A DNA stretch of 64,000 nt. Source: Schmidtea polychroa. Its lineage: Eukaryota. Of this stretch, positions 40,285-51,100 are shown in pieces (within the stretch, counting starts at the first letter, position 1; each line of letters begins with the position of its first letter). Location of the stretch: NCBI GenBank assembly GCA_044892525.1, contig CM097886.1, positions 64,914,001 to 64,978,000 on the forward strand. Reading direction: 5' to 3'. The notes under the pieces are model-generated. The model saw nothing but the letters and a program-made list of their open reading frames with translations. It did no database searches and was not told where the DNA came from. The translations under genes and the position numbers were made by a program.

Positions 40285-41658
40285 ATGTCTTATTGGAAAT
40301 GTGAAATTTGTAATTGTCAAGTTAGAAAACATCATAAAGCAAGTCATATTAAAACTAAAAAACATATACGGAGTGCCTCTCGAGTTGGAGGAGATCTTCA
40401 ATCTTCAAAAACAACATCTTCAATATTGAAACCCTTTACTACTGAAAAATATCCAGGTGAAAGACATTTATTCCATCACAATTTTACTGGACCTGGAACA
40501 CGTCTAGACCTTAGACTTGATGAAAATAATAATCCCAAACCTGGAGAAGAACCAGTGAATAGAGTTGATCAAGCAGCTTTGAAACATGATATTGCTTACA
40601 ATTCTGAAGACCTTAGGGACCGACACCTTGCGGATGTTAATTTAATACATGATTTAAATAATATAGAAAACCCATCAACCCAGGAAAAGATTCAAAGAGC
40701 TCTAGTTAAATTAGCAATGAAAGGTAAGATCTTCTTTGGAGCTAGCGCGACCTTCGGAGCAGGACTTCCTAGAATAGCAAAAGATGTTGCTAATAAAAAG
40801 ATTATTGAACAAGCAGACGCTGAGAATCAACTCGAGAATCGACACTTCGAGAATGCAACAGAATCACAAATAAAATATGCCAACGAATTACACCATGAAT
40901 TTAGAAAAAAAAAATATTTAAAAGTTCAAGTACATGAAAAAGATCAAACATGGTCCGCTGATTTAGTCTTTATGCCAACCAAATAATCAGACCCTGAAAA
41001 ATATAAAATAATTTTAACAGTAATAGATTTATATACGAGATTTGCTTTTGCAAGATGTTTAGAAAATAAAACAGGATATTCAATTACAGAAGCATTTGAA
41101 AATATATTTGAACAACATCAAAGAATTCCAAGATATTTATGGTGTGATAAAGGAACAGAATTTTACAACAAAGTTTTTACAAAGTTTTTAAATGAAAATG
41201 ATATTAAATTATATTCAACAGAAAACGAAGGAAAAGCAGTCGTAGTTGAAAGATTAAATAGAACATTAAAAAATAAAATGTGGAAATATTTTACTGCTAT
41301 TGGAAAACAAAAATGGAACAATGAATTGTTACAAAAGATTGTAAATGAATATAATAATGATGTACATAGTTCTATAAAATCAACACCTTTAAATGCTTCC
41401 TCGAATCCTGATAGAGTTAAAGAAATAAACACCAATACAACACTTGAAAAACCAAAGTTTAAAATTGGTGACCGAGTAAGAATATTTAAATATAAAAATA
41501 AATTTGAAAAAGGATTCACAGCAAAATGGACAAATGAAATTTTTATTATAAATAAAATACATTATACAATTCCAATAACATATAGCATCATCGATTTAAA
41601 TAATGAAAAAATATTAGGTAGATTTTATAATAATGAACTACAGAGATCAAGCTTTTAA
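40285..41658 (+). pseudogene. Zn finger + parvovirus-type PLA2 + retroviral-type integrase in one frame, with two premature stops
   Basis: CEIC..H..TKKH; FTGPG and HDIAY (PLA2); WSADL, WCDKG and VVERLNRTLK (DDE). In-frame TAA at 40984 and 41008. Confidence 0.9.
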
Positions 41659-42455
41659 AATAAACATTTCCATATTTCTCCTTCTTCTCTATGCAAATAA
41701 ATATAATTATATTTTTCTTTCCAATGATTATCTACAAACATATCAAACATTTGCTTATCAGGTTCAACATTTGAAAATAAATCACTATAAATCATATTCT
41801 TATCACGCTTTTCCAATTTAAAAAATATAAAACAATTGGAATTATTTCTTATTGAATTTTTATCCAAAGCATAATAGGTTTGAGAAATATAAATAACATT
41901 ACAATTATTATGTCGACCTCGTGTAAAGTAACTCTTTTGAATCTCTTGGTTTTTCATATTGACGACATCATCGAATATAACTAGATTCTTTTTATCTTTA
42001 GGAAGTAAATCACAATGCAAAACATCTTCGGGTTTATTAGAGAATAAAACTTGGATCCCTGTTCCAGAATCTTCACAAATGTAATCGCTTTTATTATCAA
42101 TATCTGATTCTAAAATCTTTTCCTTGTACCAATCAATCATATCACAAGGTTGAAAAACCTCGTCGGGACATCTATGTTGGTTTTTAAAAATATCGATTAT
42201 AGCTTTTTTAGTTAATTTATTTTCAAATCCATATTTCAAAAGTTGTAACTCTGGTTGGTTTATGGTTGTAGAGTAAAAGATTAAATTATTATAATCTAAA
42301 AACCCATCTTCAAGCAACATTCTCAAAAGAAGTACATTCTTTCCACATCCCGAAGACCCAACGATTAATAATCTAAAATTATCAGGAAATACTTTATTAT
42401 TAAATTTACTCTTGTGTCGAGTTAAAATCGGTTTCCAAGTATCCGGAAGCTCCAT
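41655..42455 (-). CDS. DNA packaging ATPase (A32/FtsK-like)
   Basis: GSSGCGKN (Walker A, N at the usual T/S position), LVIFDD (Walker B), RGRHNNCNVIYISQ. Confidence 0.9.
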   Translation of the reverse strand: MELPDTWKPILTRHKSKFNNKVFPDNFRLLIVGSSGCGKNVLLLRMLLEDGFLDYNNLIFYSTTINQPELQLLKYGFENKLTKKAIIDIFKNQHRCPDEVFQPCDMIDWYKEKILESDIDNKSDYICEDSGTGIQVLFSNKPEDVLHCDLLPKDKKNLVIFDDVVNMKNQEIQKSYFTRGRHNNCNVIYISQTYYALDKNSIRNNSNCFIFFKLEKRDKNMIYSDLFSNVEPDKQMFDMFVDNHWKEKYNYIYLHREEGEIWKCLF

Positions 42456-42471
42456 TTTTTATTATTATAAA

Positions 42472-43092
42472 ATGACAACTGAAGAAACTTTAAAGGAATT
42501 AATAAATTCAAACAAGAGTAAATCAGTAGTGATTAATGGTAAGAAATACTTTATTGGAAAACATGTAAAGGAACAGGTTAAGAAGCGTATGGAGTCTTCG
42601 ACTAAGAAAGGAGGGATTCTTCCCTTAATATCTTTAATCCCTGCAATCATTGCGGGCTTATCCGGCGCCGCTGGATTGGCTGACGGGATTGCAACCACAG
42701 TTCAAAAAGCTAAAGAATCTCAAAAGACAGACTTGGAAAAAGAAAAACTTCAAACTGAAATCGATTCACTGAAGAAGAAGGGGACTGGTTTATATCTTAA
42801 TCCTTATGAGTGGACTCGTTCCTCCAAGGGTAAAGGGCTCTATCTCAATCCTTATAAAGGTCGAGGCTTAAATGATTTTTTAAAAAATCAAATTTTAAAA
42901 GATAAATCTTTATCTTCAAAAGAAAAAGATGAATTAAAAAAAATGTGTAAGTCTTTAAAGAAAGGATGTCTTTGTAAAATCAGAAAGGAGACTGCGTCCA
43001 AGGGGACTGGTTTATATTTACAACCTGTTGAGTCTGAAGAAGAAGAAGAAGAAGAAGAAGAAGAGTTCGAAGAAGAAGAGTCTGAAGGTTAA
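42472..43092 (+). CDS. Putative virion core/membrane-active protein
   Basis: KKGGILPL Gly/Ala-rich hydrophobic helix, three KGxGLYL repeats, poly-Glu tail. The longer ORF start at 42412 overlaps the ATPase. Confidence 0.6.
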   Translation: MTTEETLKELINSNKSKSVVINGKKYFIGKHVKEQVKKRMESSTKKGGILPLISLIPAIIAGLSGAAGLADGIATTVQKAKESQKTDLEKEKLQTEIDSLKKKGTGLYLNPYEWTRSSKGKGLYLNPYKGRGLNDFLKNQILKDKSLSSKEKDELKKMCKSLKKGCLCKIRKETASKGTGLYLQPVESEEEEEEEEEEFEEEESEG

Positions 43093-43107
43093 ATTGATGG
43101 TATAAAA

Positions 43108-43941
43108 ATGGTATTAGAAGAAAGATTAGCACTTTTAAAAAAATTACAATCAGAACAAGACAACTATAATATAAAAGATACGACTCAACACTCTCAATCT
43201 TTAGCATTAAATACTACAATGACTCAACAACAACAACCGATAATAGACGCTATCTCTCGACTAGAAGGTATCACCGAAGGTCCAAGGACCAAAGCCATCA
43301 CTGAAGGACCTACAGAGAGTTCAAATATTAAAGCTATAGAAGGAAGGATTCAAGGAAAACGTAGAAAACTTTCAGGTGTAGAAGAAGAAATACTTTCAAA
43401 TATAAAACCTCTTAAAGTTGATCCTAAAGTTAGAGGGGGTTTATCTGAATCAATTAAACCTATATTTAATATTAATCCTGAAGGATATCAGATTATAACA
43501 ATTAATAAACAAAACTTTACTTTATATACAAACTCTGAAAATAAAAATCATATTCATTCTCAAAATGTTTATAATAATGAATATTTAGACTTTGAATTTA
43601 CAGATGATTTTTGTGGATATCTTTCAGATGATGTTGAAGAAATTAAAAAATATTTAAATTTTATAAAATTAATAGATGGTAGTCCAAAAGCAAAACATAT
43701 TCAATACTTAAAGAATGATTTAAATAAAAACGAAAGGAATTATATTGTTACAGAGCCGAAGGAGGGACTCGGAACGACCTCCTTCGGGATAATCTCTAAG
43801 TTTATAGAATTGAGAAAACTATTAGCCGCTAAAAAAGCAGGACATAATAATTTAAATCCTGATATTTTAAGGATTTCAAAAAATTTGTTAAAACAAGGAA
43901 TGCTTTCAAAACGTAAATTTAAAAAGTATACGAAGTTATAA
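43108..43941 (+). CDS. Polinton-type hypothetical protein
   Basis: 277-aa ORF, N-terminal coiled coil, C-terminal LLAAKKAGHNN..I..I...LLKQG motif of the kind seen in Polinton core genes (recalled, not searched). Confidence 0.55.
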   Translation: MVLEERLALLKKLQSEQDNYNIKDTTQHSQSLALNTTMTQQQQPIIDAISRLEGITEGPRTKAITEGPTESSNIKAIEGRIQGKRRKLSGVEEEILSNIKPLKVDPKVRGGLSESIKPIFNINPEGYQIITINKQNFTLYTNSENKNHIHSQNVYNNEYLDFEFTDDFCGYLSDDVEEIKKYLNFIKLIDGSPKAKHIQYLKNDLNKNERNYIVTEPKEGLGTTSFGIISKFIELRKLLAAKKAGHNNLNPDILRISKNLLKQGMLSKRKFKKYTKL

Positions 43942-43949
43942 ATAATAAA

Positions 43950-44489
43950 ATGAAGGCTGTCCCGAGTATATTGGATTTTTTAAAAACATTTGGAATAAAT
44001 GCAAAAACAAATTTTGATTTAAAAGATTATGCAGATTATTTAAATTTAAAAATAAAAATATTAATGAATGATGAATTATCGAAAATAGAAAAAACTAAAA
44101 AGACTAATATAATAATCAATTATCAAAATTCAAATCAAAAAGGATCTCATTGGGTTTGTATATATGGGGGGGGGGACAAAGTCCCATTATACTTTGATTC
44201 TTTTGGGATTAAACCCACTAAAGAAGTAGAAGAATATCTCTCAAAGAGTTCCTCGAAGAGTTCCTCGAAGAGTTCCTCGAAGAGTTCCTACACCTTTAAT
44301 TCTTTACAAGTTCAACCTGATAATACTGAAATATGTGGGGTTTTAAGTTTATATGTTTTGTATAGATTGAATACCTCTAAGGGGACTGCGTCCGAAGGTC
44401 CGAAGGTCAAAGGTCGTTCCTCCAAGGGGACTTCATCTTTTAAATCTATAATTCAAGAAATTTATAATGATTTAAAATCTCTACTATAA
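43950..44489 (+). CDS. Adenain-like cysteine protease
   Basis: GSHWV, YFDSFG, QVQ, ICG give the H-D-Q-C arrangement. Contains a 12-bp tandem insert encoding SKSS x4. Confidence 0.9.
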   Translation: MKAVPSILDFLKTFGINAKTNFDLKDYADYLNLKIKILMNDELSKIEKTKKTNIIINYQNSNQKGSHWVCIYGGGDKVPLYFDSFGIKPTKEVEEYLSKSSSKSSSKSSSKSSYTFNSLQVQPDNTEICGVLSLYVLYRLNTSKGTASEGPKVKGRSSKGTSSFKSIIQEIYNDLKSLL

Positions 44490-44491
44490 AA

Positions 44492-45238
44492 ATGGAAGGG
44501 GATTTTAAAAAAATGGTAAATATTATGTCAAGTAAGTATTCAAGAAGTTTATTAATAAATTCAAAACAATCGGATTTTACTATAACCTTTGAAGATTCAA
44601 TAAATTTAGATCAAGATTTAAATTATGAACTAGGACTCTTGTGGTTTTCATGTTTTAATACTATTTTTAATATAAATACTGATAATAATAAATTTGAAAT
44701 AAGAACGAGGACTGATCCGAATGTCAAAATTATAACAATCGAACCAGGATCATATGAATTAACATATTTAGGAAAAGCAATTCTAAAAGAAACAGATGGA
44801 GCTATAGAAATAAAAGTAGATGTTCAAACTTCAAAATGTATTGCAACTTTAAAAAATATTCAACTTCAGGTTACTGCTTCTTGTTTCCTTCATACTATTT
44901 TAGGTTTTGAAGCCAGAGCATATATGGAAGTATCAACAAGAAATATTAAATCTAAAAATATTATACAAATAACAAATATAAATTCTATAAATATAGAGTG
45001 TGATTGTATAACGGGATCATACAATAATGGTAAACATGCAAATATTTTATATTCCTTTCCATCTAATACTGTTCGAATTGGGTATAAAATTATTGAAAGA
45101 ATGAATCCCCCAAATTATTTACCTTTATGTCGAGAAAACCTAATGGATATTCATTTTAAAATTGTTGATGAAAACGGGAAGCTAATTGACTTTAACGGAG
45201 AAAAGATTGCAATGTATTTACATTTGAAACAAGTCTGA
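44492..45238 (+). CDS. Minor capsid (penton-like) protein
   Basis: NTIFNIN..NNKF, GSYE, INIECDCITGSY.NG...ILYSF, GYKIIE, YLPL, DENG..IDFNGE. Confidence 0.85.
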   Translation: MEGDFKKMVNIMSSKYSRSLLINSKQSDFTITFEDSINLDQDLNYELGLLWFSCFNTIFNINTDNNKFEIRTRTDPNVKIITIEPGSYELTYLGKAILKETDGAIEIKVDVQTSKCIATLKNIQLQVTASCFLHTILGFEARAYMEVSTRNIKSKNIIQITNINSINIECDCITGSYNNGKHANILYSFPSNTVRIGYKIIERMNPPNYLPLCRENLMDIHFKIVDENGKLIDFNGEKIAMYLHLKQV

Positions 45239-45282
45239 AGGTCATTCTGAAAGTCTATGTCTAGATTATTATTACTATAAAA

Positions 45283-46314
45283 ATGAGTTGTAATAAATTT
45301 GGATTATACAATGATGGACTAAAAGATGAAGATGTTATAACCCTTACAGAAAAGAGATTTGTAAATGAAAAAGGAGATTCAATGAAGGGGGATTTAAATT
45401 TAAACGCTCACAAGATAAAAGATTTAGGTCCTCCGATTGATGATTTTGATGCAACTAATAAAAAATATGTAGATGGAAATCTTAAAAATTATACTGATTT
45501 AAAAACAACAAGAAGATTACTTAATAATATCGAAAAACGATTAAATGAAGAAGCCTTAAAGATAACCAAAGAAACTCAAAGGTTAACTGATACAATAGAA
45601 AAGTTACTTAACCCTCTTAAATCCAAGCTTAATAATATCGAACAACGATTAAATGAAGAAACTCAAAGGTTAACTAATACAATATCAATGTTAAAAAATG
45701 AAAGACTTATGGATGATAGAATTAATACAATATATAATATAATAAATGAGGTGATTACATCATTTAATGCAAGACTTGTTAAATTAGAGTCTCATACAAC
45801 ACATGTTGATAAATCACACACTATTAGAAAAAGAGCTGTTGAATTAGAACAGAATAAAACTTTATTACCTAAAGATTATAAACATTTTATAGAACTAAGA
45901 AGTTTTATAACAACATTTAGTGACGAATGGTCTTGTTTTATGGTTGTAAAGATTATTGATCCTTATTTCTTTTTATTTACTGATGATGGTGATGTGATGA
46001 AATGGTTTGTCAAATGTGATTATAATAGTAAGTTTGAAAAGGGTGATGTTATAATGAGTGCTTATGATTTACCACACGGACTTTGGCATGATAAAACTGA
46101 TTCACATAAAACGCATAAAGTTAAAAGTAATAGTATTATTTTTAAAAGCACACTTGTAAGTTATATAGATTTAATATTTTATGAAAAAAAGGTTGATGTT
46201 GATCAAGTTCGTAAAGCGTTGGCAGAATTGTATAAAGACATTCTCTCAACAAGAGTTTTTTATGATATCCGAGTATTGGTACCAGATAATAAAGTCTTAT
46301 TTTTTAAGTATTAA
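45283..46314 (+). CDS. Fibre/spike-like protein
   Basis: FVNEKGDSMKGDLNL....I.DL..P....DATNKKYVD fibre-type repeat, then a coiled coil with an internal duplication, then a globular C-terminus. Confidence 0.6.
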   Translation: MSCNKFGLYNDGLKDEDVITLTEKRFVNEKGDSMKGDLNLNAHKIKDLGPPIDDFDATNKKYVDGNLKNYTDLKTTRRLLNNIEKRLNEEALKITKETQRLTDTIEKLLNPLKSKLNNIEQRLNEETQRLTNTISMLKNERLMDDRINTIYNIINEVITSFNARLVKLESHTTHVDKSHTIRKRAVELEQNKTLLPKDYKHFIELRSFITTFSDEWSCFMVVKIIDPYFFLFTDDGDVMKWFVKCDYNSKFEKGDVIMSAYDLPHGLWHDKTDSHKTHKVKSNSIIFKSTLVSYIDLIFYEKKVDVDQVRKALAELYKDILSTRVFYDIRVLVPDNKVLFFKY

Positions 46315-46315
46315 A

Positions 46316-46912
46316 ATGGAAACAGCACAAAGCCCAGAGGGACTTCGTCTGGAATGGCCTGTTCCAGCAATCTATCCAGTATTAGCCCCGAAGCCATCAG
46401 CTCCTACAGAACTTGAAGTCATGAGGGTAAAAGAATTTAAATCAGAGACTTTACATTTAAAGGACTTACTAAATCATTATAAAAAAATAAAAAAAAGATG
46501 GAATAATGGGAATACAGCTTTAAAGATTATAGGTTACTCCTTGGGATTTACATCTGCAATACTTACAATTGTTTTACCTATAACCCTACCGGCTATTACT
46601 CTTGCACCCATAATCCTTGGAAGTATTTCTGTTGCAGATTCTTTCTTGACTGAAATAGTTTCTTTATCCTATACTTCAAAAAAGAAAAGCTTATATCGTG
46701 AAGTTTGTCTGGCAATAGACTTGGGGATATCAAAATTATTTTTATTTCAGACGAAAGCCATGGAGGATGGAATCCTTACAGATGAGGAAATAATGAAATC
46801 AAATCAAATAATCCAAGATATTAAAAATGAAGTTAGAAAATTGAAATCTTCAAGTGCCAAGACTGATAACAAGGAATACCGAGAGAAATGGTTGAAGACC
46901 CAATCGACGTAA
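46316..46912 (+). CDS. Predicted membrane protein
   Basis: ATG at 46316 directly after the previous stop. Long hydrophobic segment flanked by basic helices, and a DGILTDEE motif. Confidence 0.6.
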   Translation: METAQSPEGLRLEWPVPAIYPVLAPKPSAPTELEVMRVKEFKSETLHLKDLLNHYKKIKKRWNNGNTALKIIGYSLGFTSAILTIVLPITLPAITLAPIILGSISVADSFLTEIVSLSYTSKKKSLYREVCLAIDLGISKLFLFQTKAMEDGILTDEEIMKSNQIIQDIKNEVRKLKSSSAKTDNKEYREKWLKTQST

Positions 46913-47157
46913 TTTTTAATTTTAAAATGAATTCAAGATTGAATGATTTTAGAAGTTTATCACTAGAGGATAAAATTAGAATAGGTGAAAAGTGTTACAT
47001 CTTTTATCTTGTAAGAACAGACGAAGTCTTTCAGACAGACGGGTACGGAGTTCCTCCAGTCTTTCAGACTAAAATAACTAAATTTAAATCTTTAAGCATA
47101 CAAGACCAAATTGGAAGAGGAGAATATTATTTTGCCTTATTCCCTCAACTATTTTAA
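46888..47157 (+). CDS. Small hypothetical ORF with an internal duplication
   Basis: FRSLSLEDKI and FKSLSIQDQI are related. Sits between other Polinton ORFs. Confidence 0.3.
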   Translation: MVEDPIDVIFNFKMNSRLNDFRSLSLEDKIRIGEKCYIFYLVRTDEVFQTDGYGVPPVFQTKITKFKSLSIQDQIGRGEYYFALFPQLF

Positions 47158-47167
47158 TTTTTTAAAA

Positions 47168-47641
47168 ATGGATGGCTTTATAAAAAAAATTGAGCAGCTT
47201 TCAATGATTGACCCTTTAATTTTAAACAAGATTCAACAAAAAAAGAAGGCTTTTGAATTTGCAAGATTAAAGAGTGAAAACCCTAAAATGAATCAAAGTG
47301 AGATTTGTAAAATAATCGGGACTTCAGATTCTACAATGAGAAGAATTAGAAAGGATTTAGGAATTGATTCTCCCTATAGGCATACAGGTAAGAAGAAAAA
47401 GACTAGTCGAGAGACTAAGGGTGTTTATTGTAAGGATTGTTCAAGTACAGTACTTGATAAAAACCATCAATGCATCAAGTCTAAAAAGTATAAAAGGAAA
47501 GATCCTTTAGCCTCTGGAACAGTCCATTCTGGAGGAACGACCTTCGGGACGACCTCCTTCGGAACAGACCATTCTGGAGTCTCTACGACCACGGATGTTG
47601 AAGATATTTTAGATACAAGATTTAAAATCTTTAATAAATGA
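47168..47641 (+). CDS. Helix-turn-helix DNA-binding protein
   Basis: MNQSEICKIIGTSDSTMRRIRKDL (HTH-like) plus CKDC..H.C. Confidence 0.6.
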   Translation: MDGFIKKIEQLSMIDPLILNKIQQKKKAFEFARLKSENPKMNQSEICKIIGTSDSTMRRIRKDLGIDSPYRHTGKKKKTSRETKGVYCKDCSSTVLDKNHQCIKSKKYKRKDPLASGTVHSGGTTFGTTSFGTDHSGVSTTTDVEDILDTRFKIFNK

Positions 47642-47949
47642 ACGGAGTTCCACACGAACGTGTTTTAAACCTGATAAAAAGCAATCCCATCATTAAAAAG
47701 GAATCGAGTATTGCATCAAAAGAATATAATGAGAAATCCCCAGAGGATAAATCCCTGCAAGCCGCGCAACTTGCTATTCGGGAGCCTGTACTCCTCTGGA
47801 TTATAAATGATATCGAGGTTGAAAGAGATCGTTTAAAATATGAGTTGATGAGGGTTCATAAAGAGATTAAAACCAGAAAGACTTTAGCCAAGGTAAGCCG
47901 AGAGAAAATAGAAGAGAAAATAAAAGAGAAAATAGAAAAGATGTTATAA
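47638..47949 (+). CDS. Small coiled-coil protein
   Basis: 103-aa ORF whose start overlaps the previous stop. Confidence 0.45.
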   Translation: MNGVPHERVLNLIKSNPIIKKESSIASKEYNEKSPEDKSLQAAQLAIREPVLLWIINDIEVERDRLKYELMRVHKEIKTRKTLAKVSREKIEEKIKEKIEKML

Positions 47950-48106
47950 CTATAAAAGTAAAAATTTTTATTATTGAAACAGATGGTCTGTTTTTTAAAA
48001 CCTTGATGATATCAATCAGTACTTTATCATTCGTCAAGGAGTTTAAGTTTTCAAAAATTGATTTTAAGGGTACTTCAGTCATTTTATAATTTATTTTTTT
48101 AAACTT

Positions 48107-51100
48107 TCAGTCAGATTCAGTCATTGATGACTGTTGATATCTTTTAACCTCCAGTCTATGCTCTTCAAATTCTTTTTCTGATAGGTTTTGAATGTAATCG
48201 GGGTTGATGTTTAAATATTTAAAATTTATATTTTCAAGTTTAGCTAATTGCCCATCCGTGAAGTTTGTAGCATACAAGTTATTTAATCTCGGTAGGTTTT
48301 TTATTATTGGGATTAAATTATTCCCGATTGGAAGTGTTGTTTTCAAATCACTCAGTATACAGCGTTTATCATCATAATTTGATATTGCAATTTTATTTGA
48401 TTCTTCTAAGTACATGTCATGCCTCTCGGATTTAAGTTGATGAACTTCAACTATTTTATCTACATAGTTTTTATTTAGAGCGTCTTTATAGTCTTGATGC
48501 GTTAGTCTTTTCGATATACATTTTTGTATTCCTTTACTTTTGTTTTCCTTAAAGACTTTACCGTTTCCAGTGAATATTGTTTAGACCTAATAAATACAGC
48601 ACTAGTTATTGGAGTATTCGGCTTCTCATCCTTGAAGACGAATAAATCCCCAGTTGAATTTATTACTGTGTTTAGGCTTTCATTTGCAGCTATTTCCTCT
48701 TTTAAGCTTGGGAAGTCTATAATGTTTTCTACTTTTAAAAACATACTGTCGGTATCCATTGCATGCATTGATATTCTATTTTTAAAATATGGCAGTAGTT
48801 TATCATAATAGGTTTCATACATTTGCAGTTTTGATAATTCTAAAACAGTGAAGCCTATAAAGATTGGTTTGTTATAAGTCTTGACATTATTTTTCAGTTC
48901 AATGGCCACAAGGTTCTCAGAGAATACTTCTGCATTTTTGAATGTAGGTTTCCCAATCATTCTATTATACCTCTTGATATCCCTGGGAGTATTTGCTAAT
49001 AATTCTACATGTGTATATTTATCAACATTTTCCATTGTCTTTCCGAAGACTGAATTATTTGAAAGCTTATAAATCATATCGAAGTTAGCGTTTCCCATTC
49101 TTTTTGCCTTTTTCCTTTTGGTGATATTTCCCATTATAAAGGGTTTCATGAATGCAGTTTCTCTAAACTTTATGATTGAATGTACAGTTTTTAAAATCAT
49201 TCCGTGTGAAAGATAAAATTGTAACAGTCGATAGTGACAAAGGTAATAACTCTTATCAGTTTGATCACATAAGAGCTTTGTAGTTGTCGGTCGATCTTGT
49301 TCAATCTACCAAGGTAAAAGCTCATTTGGATCTATTTTTCTTTTCACAGGTGCAAATGGAAAATATCTAGTTGAGGATTTTATTTCATCAGGTTATTCTA
49401 GATCACACTCTATTACATATCCTATTTCTGAATCCTTTGCGGTTGATAATATTTCTGTTATAAGCTCTACAGGAACATATTCAAAACCATCAATTGGTAA
49501 AGGTTGAGCCATTGATCCTGAATATAAGGCATTTGCATATATGTAGAGAATCTCCGATGGATTATTTAAACCCTCCATTATTAAATTTAAATCCTCTTCT
49601 GTTTTTATTTCTACACCACATGCTTCAGGATCTTCACTGAAGAATTTCTTGTATAGAGTTGTAAAGTTGTTTGCAGTGATTTCTCGATCCCCCATCACAG
49701 AGCTAATACCCCCACGAATATTTTCTTTAAATAGATTAAACATATCGATATCAGTTAATAGTTCTATGGATCCTGTCCCAGAGCTCCGAGAGGACTCCGT
49801 CCCCGTCCCTGTTCCAGCTGTCCGCATTGTATATAATAAACAATCCCAAGATAAAGATGGAAAAGATATATAATTATAAGGCTTTAATTCAAATGCCTTG
49901 CAAAAATTCTCGAAACAATCTGCTAGGATATAAACATCGAGGGATAAATACATGTCAGTATATTCCCCCATATTTTCACATTTGAAAAGTTCCCACATTT
50001 TATTCCCTCGAGCATATTCCTGATCGCTTATATCCATTTGATTTAATATTGAAAAAAACAAGTCTTGAGGAGGTAAAGATGTTTCATTATATCTATCGAA
50101 GGAGTCGATGTAATCATAAGGATAGATTCCTTTTGCCAAACAGGTTTTATATTCCTCCTGGGGATATTATTTTTTACTAATACTCTTTCTATTGTATGGG
50201 TGAAATCTTCAGGTTTCATGGTTTTTGCTATTGCATCTAGTGACATTCCTATAAAGTTTAGAGAATCTATAAATTTTAAACACCCATATTGCACACATTT
50301 ATATTTCTCTTTTGTCAGTCCTATAACCTTGAAGGAGTTTTTAGCACTTACAGCTAGACGTTTTATGAATAGGTGGATGTCGTATCTAAAAAGATTATGG
50401 AATACAACTGGGATAAATCCAGGTCTTTTACAATTTAAGTTGCAATCCCTATGAGCTGCTCCCCTATAATTATTTTCTTTTTTAAAGTGGTCATGGTCAG
50501 GGACTTTTATGTTTGCATGAAATAATATTTCTTCTTCTTCTTCGGGATTCAAACCCTCAAGACTTGGAGGATTAAATCCTTGCTTGCACATCCAGCAAGT
50601 TGTGCAGTCTTTATATTCCCCCCATTGTTGATCTGAAAAGTTTATAGGGAAGTTTGTTTTTAGTTTTTTAAAGATTTTATGCTCTAAATCATTTATGGTT
50701 TTAGTGAAGTGATCTAGGGTTTCTTCCTCTGAGGATCCTCTAAATGAAAATTCTTCAGATTTAATGAGGTCTGGGTAATTACTTTTAAAAAATAGTTTAT
50801 AAGCCGATGCCACTTGTTTTGTAAGTTTTACAGTGTAGGACTTATTATTTAATTTTAAAAGATCTTTCATATCCTCCCATTTTGAAGAGTTTAAAGAATC
50901 CAATAGATTATTTTTTTCTATTAATTTGAAATATTCCCGGTTTAGATCTTGTTTTATATTTATACCTTCAAAGTCACCATATATCACACCTAGGGTTTCT
51001 AGTAGGTTTGAAAAGTTTTTAAAATACATCTTTGCGTTTACAGGTAAAGGCATTTTAATTAAAGCCGGCAAGTTCTTACAACATAATCTTTCATATTTAA

